64,000 nucleotides of DNA. It comes from an uncultured Alphaproteobacteria bacterium (lineage in GTDB: Bacteria; Pseudomonadota; Alphaproteobacteria; Rhizobiales; Rhizobiaceae). The notes below the pieces were generated by a model that searched no databases, was not told where the DNA came from, and was given only the letters and a program-made list of their open reading frames with translations. The DNA is taken from the NCBI GenBank assembly GCA_963773525.1, contig CAVZBM010000007.1:197824-261823 (forward strand), written 5' to 3'. A program made the translations under genes and the position numbers. Of the stretch, positions 57,468-64,000 are shown one piece after another. Numbering within the stretch: position 1 is the stretch's first letter; each line of letters opens with the position of its first letter.

Positions 57468-58097
57468 ATGCGCCACCAGCAGACACGAGATCTGTTCCTC
57501 TATTGGAGCCGGCTCCGCGGAACGGAGAAGGCACCGCACCGGAACATGATCGAGCCGAGTGATATCCGGACGCTCCTGCCGCAGACGTTCATTCTGCAGC
57601 AGCTGGCCGACGGAACTGTTGAATTCCGCCTGGCCGGCACCGGGCTCTGCGCCCAGTTCGGCAATGAACTGCGCGGACAGCCCTTCCAGATGCTGTTCCA
57701 TCCGCGTGACCGGCGGATGCTGCTGCGACTGGTGGAACAGGCCCTGCAAGGCGATGCCATATCGGTCCTGACCATGGATGGCCGCAGCAAGAGCGGACGC
57801 ACCGTCGGCTTTGAACTTCTGCTGCTGCCACTCGCCAGCGAATCGGATGGCGACCGGGCGCTGGGCTCGGCCCTCCCGGCGGCGCGAATGTTCTGGTTCG
57901 GCTCCGACCCGATTATCGAGTGGAAGCTTCGCGCTGTCCGCATCATCGATCCCGAACGAGAAATGGAATTCGCGGCCAATCGACCGGCCATCGACGTTCC
58001 GCCGCTCGTCCCGGCCCGGGGCGCCGTGCAGGCCCTCGCCCCAAGAGGACGGAAAGTGGCCCATCTGACCGTTCTGGAGGGCGGCCGCAACCGCTAG
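57468..58097 (+). CDS. PAS domain protein (PAS_5-like)
   Basis: YWSRLRG...P.R..IEP, FRLAGT, ELLLLPL; GGAGG RBS. Confidence 0.82.
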   Translation: MRHQQTRDLFLYWSRLRGTEKAPHRNMIEPSDIRTLLPQTFILQQLADGTVEFRLAGTGLCAQFGNELRGQPFQMLFHPRDRRMLLRLVEQALQGDAISVLTMDGRSKSGRTVGFELLLLPLASESDGDRALGSALPAARMFWFGSDPIIEWKLRAVRIIDPEREMEFAANRPAIDVPPLVPARGAVQALAPRGRKVAHLTVLEGGRNR

Positions 58098-58359
58098 CGC
58101 TGTCGGGATCGATTCTGTTTTCGTCCGCGTGACGTGATTCGTCAGGAGGATTGCGGGGCGTCGCAGCACCATACGCCAGCGAACTATCTTTTCGGCGGCG
58201 GCACGATATTCTGAAGGATATGGTGGGCGAGCGGCTCAATCCGCTCCCGAGGATATCCCAAACTCACAGGTTCGCCGTCCGGCGTTACCGCACTTTAACC
58301 TTTGATAGGCCAAATTTCCCAGACGGAATCTCCCTCGGACCGACCAAGGCAAAAGAAGA

Positions 58360-58941
58360 ATGAGTCTGGCACCAGACCTGCAGATACCCGACAAGCCCGA
58401 GAGACGGGCCTTTCAGCGGGTGAAGGCAAAAATCTACGGTCGCTTCATGCTTGAGGACGGCAGCGAACACGCCTGCCATGTCGTGGATATGAGCCCGGGC
58501 AGCGCTTCACTGCGGACCGACGTTCGCGGCGAAGCGGGCGAAAAGTGCATCTGCTATCTCGACCATATCGGCCGTATCGAGGGTGTGGTCACGCGGACCC
58601 TCGACGAGGGCTTCGCGGTGACGATCATCGCCTCGGATCGGAAGAAGGACAAGATCGCCTCGCAACTGACCTGGCTGGCGAACCGGCACGAGTTGGACCT
58701 GCCGGAGGATCGCCGCCATGCCCGCGTCGAGCCGCGCAACCCTATCTCGGCGATGCGGATGGAAGACGGCCGCAAATACAATTGCCGCATCATCGACCTC
58801 TCGCTCTCCGGCGCCGCGATCGCCACCGATGTCCGTCCCGCCCTCGGCACGCCGGTCGTCCTTGGCACCATGAGGGGTCGAGTGATCCGTCACTTCAATG
58901 ACGGCATCGCCATCGAGTTCATCGACATCAAGGTCGTCTGA
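58360..58941 (+). CDS. Tandem PilZ domain protein
   Basis: Two RxxxR + DxSxxG-like sets (RRAFQR/DMSPGS; RRHAR/DLSLSG). Confidence 0.87.
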   Translation: MSLAPDLQIPDKPERRAFQRVKAKIYGRFMLEDGSEHACHVVDMSPGSASLRTDVRGEAGEKCICYLDHIGRIEGVVTRTLDEGFAVTIIASDRKKDKIASQLTWLANRHELDLPEDRRHARVEPRNPISAMRMEDGRKYNCRIIDLSLSGAAIATDVRPALGTPVVLGTMRGRVIRHFNDGIAIEFIDIKVV

Positions 58942-58964
58942 GGCTCCCTCCACCTCGTGACACT

Positions 58965-58996
58965 AAAAAAGAGCCGGCGCCGCCGGCTCTTTTTTT
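58965..58996. terminator. Rho-independent terminator (symmetrical)
   Basis: AAAAAAGAGCCGGCG-C-CGCCGGCTCTTTTTT. Confidence 0.85.
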
Positions 58997-59289
58997 GCCC
59001 GGTCTCTTCCAGAATCTTCATCGAATCGCTGCCGCGCCTCAGCTCGTGCCGGCAACGGCGTGTTAACGGGCGCCGCCAATCAACCGCCTCGATCCCTAAA
59101 ACCCTTGGTTTTCCTCGGCCAAAGATTAACAAAGTCCTCATGGCTTCGTTAACGTGGTTAAGATAGTAATATTTGGATTCGTCCAATTTGATCCGCATTT
59201 GTTTATTCTTTGACTAAATTGCCGTCGCCGACTTTTGCGTCATCCAAAATGTTACCTGCCATCTTGTCCTCCATCAGGGGAGACAAGCC

Positions 59290-59889
59290 ATGCGGAAACT
59301 TATTCAAGCTATTCTTGCCACAGCAGGCATTCTATTGTCTATAGCGGGTCCTGCGCAGGCCGGTCCGTTCATCGAGACGGCCGGAGCGGCCAATCCGCCC
59401 ATCGGACACGCCGAGTTCTGCTGGAACGCGCCGAGTGAGTGCGCCGATCGCGCCGCCGCGCCGAAGCCGTTCCCTCTCAATTCGCAGTCATGGCAGACCA
59501 TCCTGAACGTCAACACGCGCGTAAATGCGGACGTCGTGCCGCTCACGGACCAGCAGATCTGGGGCCGCGAAGAACTCTGGTCCTATCCGCAGGGCGTTGG
59601 CGACTGCGAGGACTATGTTCTGGAGAAGCGACGCCTGCTCATGAACCTAGGGGTACCGGCCTCCGACCTTCTCATGACCGTGGTGCTGCAGCCTAATGGC
59701 GATGGCCATGCGGTGCTGACCGTGCGCACGGATCGGGGCGACGTCGTGCTCGACAACCTCAGCGACGAAGTGCTGCCGTGGGAGAAGACGGAGTACACCT
59801 TCCTCAAGCTCCAGAGCCCGAACGACAGCGCGCGATGGAAGCTCGTCAATGACCAGCGGGCGACGATGGTCGGTGCCGTCCAACGCTAG
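59290..59889 (+). CDS. Transglutaminase-like cysteine peptidase (BTLCP/LapG family)
   Basis: Signal peptide; GDCEDY, GHAVL, VLDN catalytic triad. Confidence 0.9.
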   Translation: MRKLIQAILATAGILLSIAGPAQAGPFIETAGAANPPIGHAEFCWNAPSECADRAAAPKPFPLNSQSWQTILNVNTRVNADVVPLTDQQIWGREELWSYPQGVGDCEDYVLEKRRLLMNLGVPASDLLMTVVLQPNGDGHAVLTVRTDRGDVVLDNLSDEVLPWEKTEYTFLKLQSPNDSARWKLVNDQRATMVGAVQR

Positions 59890-59983
59890 ACCTGATCACA
59901 GAAATCGGCCGCACCTACGTCCCCTGTCGGCTGAACCGGAAGCCGGTCTCTTCCCCTGGAGACCGGCTTCATGGCGTCCGCGA

Positions 59984-60283
59984 TCATGTCAGGCAGTCGA
60001 CGAAGCTGATCAGCGCGATCCCGCTCGCCACTGCCCAGACATTGGCTATCACCAGCGCGAGTCCGATCGATATCGGCGAACGGTGCTCGACCAGTCCCTC
60101 GTTGAGTGCAAGGACAGGGCCGAGCACCGCGCTCAGCAGGACGGCGCGCGGCAGGCGCTCGCGACCGATCAGTTCGACAAAGAAGATTTCACGCCCTGTC
60201 CAAGCGATGATCAGGGTGGCTGCGAGGCCGGAGAACGTCATTCCGGCGCACCATGCAAAGAGAAACAACAGTATCGTCGCCAT
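59984..60283 (-). CDS. Small membrane protein (DUF6949-like)
   Basis: Three hydrophobic segments; LGP motif; family assignment from recollection only. Confidence 0.55.
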   Translation of the reverse strand: MATILLFLFAWCAGMTFSGLAATLIIAWTGREIFFVELIGRERLPRAVLLSAVLGPVLALNEGLVEHRSPISIGLALVIANVWAVASGIALISFVDCLT

Positions 60284-60331
60284 CGGTCACCATTCGTTTA
60301 CCATGTCTGCACCAGTCTCGTGAGACAACAC

Positions 60332-60347
60332 TGCAAGAGCCGTGCCG
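60332..60347 (-). promoter_or_regulatory. Putative sigma-54 promoter
   Basis: Minus strand CGGCACG-GCTC-TTGCA (GG-N10-GC), upstream of the small membrane gene. Confidence 0.55.
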
Positions 60348-60380
60348 GATGTCCGAAGGCAGCAGGAACTGGCGGACGGG

Positions 60381-61106
60381 ATGAAACGAAGCCTCGCGAT
60401 GAACCAATGCGGGACGCTCGGAGCGTCGGGTCCCGGGCTGGGACGGATCATGGCAATCGCCAGCCTCGTCGCCGCGGCGGCAACCGTCGCCATCGTTCTC
60501 GCCGGGCGGAGCGTTGGTCACTCGCTGGCGCTCGGCGGCCACAGCGACCGGGTGACGCCGATTGAGATCGTCCTCGGCAACAATGTCCTGACTGTCCCGG
60601 AGAACATGATCCGCGAGCGCACGCAGCGAGGCGGCGGCGAACTCCAGCACCTCGAGCTCTATCTGCGCTGGCCGGAGCTAAGCGGCTATTCCGACGATGC
60701 GGCGGAGATATTCAATGGCCGCAGCATTGCGCGCGCGCTCGTCTTCGTCTCGATCGAACGGACGAGCATGTCGCGCGATATGAGCGGCCGCTATGAGAAA
60801 ATCTACCAGCCGCTGCTCCAGGAGCCGGGGATAGAGGGGCCGTCGGGCCTTCGCCTGCGAGGGTTCAGGCCCGAAGCCGGCTATGGCAATGAGCTGCTGG
60901 CGACCAGCGAACGCAAGGACGGAGGAGTCTTCGCAGCTCGCTGCCTTGCAGGCTTGCAAGGCCGGCAATCGCCGGCCGGCTGCGAACGCGACGTCAGGAT
61001 CGGCAAGAACCTCTCGATGACCTACCGCTTTCCCAGAGAACTGCTGGACCAGTGGCAAGCGATGGACGAGGCGCTGACGGCGACGATCAGCAGAATGATC
61101 CGCTGA
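60381..61106 (+). CDS. Hypothetical membrane-anchored protein
   Basis: N-terminal TM; LYLRWPELSGYS, MSRDMSGR, CERD, YRFPRELL; start uncertain. Confidence 0.7.
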   Translation: MKRSLAMNQCGTLGASGPGLGRIMAIASLVAAAATVAIVLAGRSVGHSLALGGHSDRVTPIEIVLGNNVLTVPENMIRERTQRGGGELQHLELYLRWPELSGYSDDAAEIFNGRSIARALVFVSIERTSMSRDMSGRYEKIYQPLLQEPGIEGPSGLRLRGFRPEAGYGNELLATSERKDGGVFAARCLAGLQGRQSPAGCERDVRIGKNLSMTYRFPRELLDQWQAMDEALTATISRMIR

Positions 61107-61130
61107 AGAGGCGCGTATCAGTCCGTCCAC

Positions 61131-61340
61131 TCACTCCAGGTCAATGTCGAGAATGGCCATCGCCAGATTGTAGGAAACCTCTCCTTCGTCCTCGATCCGG
61201 TCGATGACCCCCAGGAACTCATCGTCGAGGTAGAGTTCGCAGGAATCCTCCTTGCGGGGCCGCGCCCGCACCTCGATCTTGTCGGTCCGGAACAGGCGCT
61301 TGAAATAGGCGTCGAGCTGGCGGATTTCCTCGGGTCTCAA
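61131..61340 (-). CDS. DUF3126 family protein
   Basis: TTG start after GGAG; RPRKEDSCE...EFLG...DEGEVSY..MAILDIDL. Confidence 0.82.
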   Translation of the reverse strand: MRPEEIRQLDAYFKRLFRTDKIEVRARPRKEDSCELYLDDEFLGVIDRIEDEGEVSYNLAMAILDIDLE

Positions 61341-61477
61341 AAAGCTTCTCCAACGTTTTTCTTGTCGAATGGCGGCGAAAGGTTCGCTCCCATCCCTGCT
61401 GTGGCAGGAACTAGCGCGACCGATCGGTCCGAGTAGAGGGCCGTAAGGGGTGCTCGGGAAACAATCCTCAGATGCGG

Positions 61478-62299
61478 TCAATCATCCATGGACAGCATCT
61501 GGTCCATCGCCCGGCCCGGCTCGCTGCAGGTGCTTTCACCCACCACTCGCGCCGGCACCCCGGCCACCACCTTGTTCGGCGGAACCGGCCTCAGCACGAC
61601 GGAGCCGGCCGCAACCTTGGAGCAGTGACCGATTTCGATATTGCCAAGGATCTTGGCGCCGGCGCCGATCAGCACGCCATTGCCGATCTTCGGATGACGG
61701 TCGCCATTCTCCTTGCCCGTCCCGCCGAGCGTCACGCCCTGAAGAATCGAGACATCGTCGCCGATGCGAGCCGTTTCGCCAACGACGAGGCCGGTGGCGT
61801 GGTCGAGGAAGACGCCCTTGCCGATCACGGTGGCAGGATTGATGTCGACGCCGAAGACGGAAGACGAGCGGCTCTGAATGTACAGCGCGAAGTCGCGGCG
61901 CCCGTTGCGGGCGAGCCAGGCGGCGACGCGATGCGCCTGCAGAGCATGGAATCCCTTGAAGTACAGGAACGCGTCGAGATAGCGCCTGCAGGCGGGGTCG
62001 CGATCGTAGACGGCCTGCAGATCGGCCCGCAGCGAGGCGGAGAAGTCGCCGCCCTCGGCCAGCATCTGCGAAAAGGCCTGCTCGATCAGCGCCGGGGCCA
62101 TCATTTCGTGGCCGAGGCGCTCGGCGACGCGGCGGGCGATGGCGCCTTCCATGTCCCTGTTGTTGAGCACATTGGCACAGATGAACGCCGCCATCATCGG
62201 CTCGCGGGCGACGGCTTCCTCGGCCTCCGCGCGCAATCCGTCCCAGATGGGATCGAGGCTGTTCGTGGCGGATTGATCTGCGCGCTGCGACAATGCCAT
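61478..62299 (-). CDS. cysE: Serine O-acetyltransferase
   Basis: DRDPA, FKGFHALQAHR, DHATG, GGTGKENGDRHPK hexapeptide repeats. Confidence 0.94.
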   Translation of the reverse strand: MALSQRADQSATNSLDPIWDGLRAEAEEAVAREPMMAAFICANVLNNRDMEGAIARRVAERLGHEMMAPALIEQAFSQMLAEGGDFSASLRADLQAVYDRDPACRRYLDAFLYFKGFHALQAHRVAAWLARNGRRDFALYIQSRSSSVFGVDINPATVIGKGVFLDHATGLVVGETARIGDDVSILQGVTLGGTGKENGDRHPKIGNGVLIGAGAKILGNIEIGHCSKVAAGSVVLRPVPPNKVVAGVPARVVGESTCSEPGRAMDQMLSMDD

Positions 62300-62414
62300 G
62301 GCGGTCTGCCTCCGGGCGGTAGCGAATACGTCGTGGCCATATATGCCATCCGGCGCTGCAATCCAACTCATCGCGCGGAGCGATGGTTACCCTCGCCTCC
62401 GCCGCGATCGGTCG

Positions 62415-63290
62415 CTATCGTCCGATTTCGTGAAGGAATTGAAGCAACGCTTCGGTGAAGGCGTCGTTCCGGTCGCCGACGATCATATGGCCGGCCTGCG
62501 CGATGTCGACATAGCGGCCGTCAGGCAGGCGGTCGGCGGCATCCCGCGCCTCCTCCTCACCTACCAGTTCGCTCGACATGCCGCGAACGATCAGGACGGG
62601 CAGGCTCAGGCGTACCAAGGCTTCGTCCAGGCGCAGCAGGTGGTTCGCCGCCCCCGCGGAGACGGACTTTTCGCCGCCCGCGGCGAAGGTCGGGTCCCAG
62701 TGCCAGCGCCAGCGGCCATCGTCGTGCTGGCGCATGTTCTTGCGCAGGCCCTCCAGCGAGCGAGGCCGTTTGCGGTGCGGCATATAGGCGGCAATCGTCT
62801 CGGCCGCCTCCTCCAGCGATTCGAAGCCGCTCTTCAGGGCGGCCGTCATGAAGCTCATGATGCGCATGACCCCTTCCTGGCGCATGCGGGGCACGATATC
62901 GACAAGCGCGATCGCGGCGAAGCGTGGCTTCTCGTCCTCCGCGCCAATCATGCTGAGCCCGCCGAGGGAAGCGCCGACCCCAATCGGCCGACGCCCCGTT
63001 TGCCGCGTCAGCCAGTCGGCAATGGCGCCGGCGTCGCGGGCATATTCCGCGAAACTGTAGCCCGCCTCGGGGACCCAGTCGCTGTCGCCATGGCCGCGCA
63101 TGTCGAAGCTGTAAGCCGCATAGCCGTTGCGTGCCATCGCCGTCGCCGTCTTTTCCCAGGCGTGACGCGTCTGGCCACCGCCGTGGAGCATCAAGACCGG
63201 CGGGCCCTGCCCCACACGGCCGCCGACAAGACGATTGCCGTCCGCGCCCTCGATCTCGATGGCCTCGCTCTGCAGTCCGTCAACGCTCAC
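62415..63290 (-). CDS. Alpha/beta hydrolase
   Basis: HGGGQ, GASLGG, GHMIVGD. Confidence 0.87.
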   Translation of the reverse strand: MSVDGLQSEAIEIEGADGNRLVGGRVGQGPPVLMLHGGGQTRHAWEKTATAMARNGYAAYSFDMRGHGDSDWVPEAGYSFAEYARDAGAIADWLTRQTGRRPIGVGASLGGLSMIGAEDEKPRFAAIALVDIVPRMRQEGVMRIMSFMTAALKSGFESLEEAAETIAAYMPHRKRPRSLEGLRKNMRQHDDGRWRWHWDPTFAAGGEKSVSAGAANHLLRLDEALVRLSLPVLIVRGMSSELVGEEEARDAADRLPDGRYVDIAQAGHMIVGDRNDAFTEALLQFLHEIGR

Positions 63291-64000
63291 AGCGGATGCT
63301 CCTCCAGAAAGGCAAGGGTACGCGCCTTGAAGCTGCTGTCGCCCGTGGCAACGAGGTGGTTGCGCCTTTCGATGTCGAAAGCAATGGCATTGGGCATGAG
63401 TGACGCCAGGTCCTGCGCCGAACCGGCGATCTCGTCCCTGGTGCCGACGGCGATCAGGGTCGGTTGGCCGATCTGCGCCAGGTCGGTTGCAGGCATCAGC
63501 ATGCGGTTGGTGGAAATGCAGGCGGCAAGCGCCTTCCTGTCGGCCCCGGTGCGATCGGCGAATGTCCGAAATTCCAGTGCGCTGGCATCGTCTATCGAGC
63601 CGGGATCGTCGGCGCTCAGCGCCGCCGCCACCGGCTTCCAGTCGCCGACGCCCTCGACAAGATTCAGGCCAAGTCCGCCGAGGACGAGGGTCGCCACGGC
63701 CTCACCATGGTCGCGGGCAAGGAAACTGGCAATGCGGGCGCCCATGGAATAACCCATCACATGCGCTCTTGCAATTCCGAGATGCGCCAGAAGGGCCAAT
63801 GCATCGCCAGCCATCAGAACCGGCGTGTATTGGTCGGGATCGTAGAGCTTGTCGCTGTCGCCATGGCCGCGATTGTCGATGGCGATGGCCCGATAGCCGG
63901 CGTCGGTGAGTGGTCCGACCCATCCGGTCTCGACCCAGTTGATCCGCTTGTTGGAGGCAAAGCCATGGATCAGGAGGACCGGCTCGCCATTGCGCGGGCC
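63287..64000 (-). CDS. Alpha/beta hydrolase (5' partial)
   Basis: LIHGFAS, DNRGHG, GYSMG; frame open to the window edge. Confidence 0.87.
   Translation of the reverse strand, partial: GPRNGEPVLLIHGFASNKRINWVETGWVGPLTDAGYRAIAIDNRGHGDSDKLYDPDQYTPVLMAGDALALLAHLGIARAHVMGYSMGARIASFLARDHGEAVATLVLGGLGLNLVEGVGDWKPVAAALSADDPGSIDDASALEFRTFADRTGADRKALAACISTNRMLMPATDLAQIGQPTLIAVGTRDEIAGSAQDLASLMPNAIAFDIERRNHLVATGDSSFKARTLAFLEEHPL

Noticed and set aside
58999-59954. 12-bp direct repeat CCGGTCTCTTCC flanking BTLCP
   Set aside because: Too short, there is no mobile-element gene, and one copy is part of the 3' hairpin; probably chance.

Overview
High-GC alphaproteobacterial chromosome (Hyphomicrobiales/Rhizobiales type). 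The window opens with a stress-related section: a NAGGN-system-type M42 peptidase, a DNA topoisomerase IB behind an EcfG-type promoter, tRNA-Thr(UGU) and a small Lrp/AsnC-domain gene. A ~13.5 kb accessory cluster follows (2.7-16.2 kb), probably for aromatic-compound catabolism. It carries a LIV-type ABC transporter, an AraC regulator, a TRAP transporter, two vanillin/salicylaldehyde-dehydrogenase-like ALDHs and a ThDP-dependent enzyme. The rest is core backbone: NAD kinase, DEAD helicase, tfoX, the SUF operon with an Irr/ICE box, anmK, tyrS, AsmA-like, bcp, M23, prfB with its programmed frameshift, PBP1A, amiC, rne, M48, dsbA, accBC, aat, GDH, gatB, rhomboid, PAS, PilZ, BTLCP and cysE. Many genes between ~13.9 and 52 kb, including prfB and rne, carry single-base indels, most likely long-read consensus errors. 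I saw no integrase, transposase, prophage or CRISPR. Four observations stand out. (1) A shared hairpin with a compensatory base pair (GCCGGR-CCTTGAM-YCCGGC) sits just 5' of the ribosome-binding sites of both sufB and sufA, a candidate Fe-S cis-regulatory RNA. (2) A 64-aa coiled-coil ORF is translationally coupled between sufB and sufC. (3) The ThDP + two-ALDH + two-transporter module has 21-bp-periodic repeats in front of it. (4) The BTLCP gene's 3' hairpin loops are complementary to its own sequestered Shine-Dalgarno sequence.
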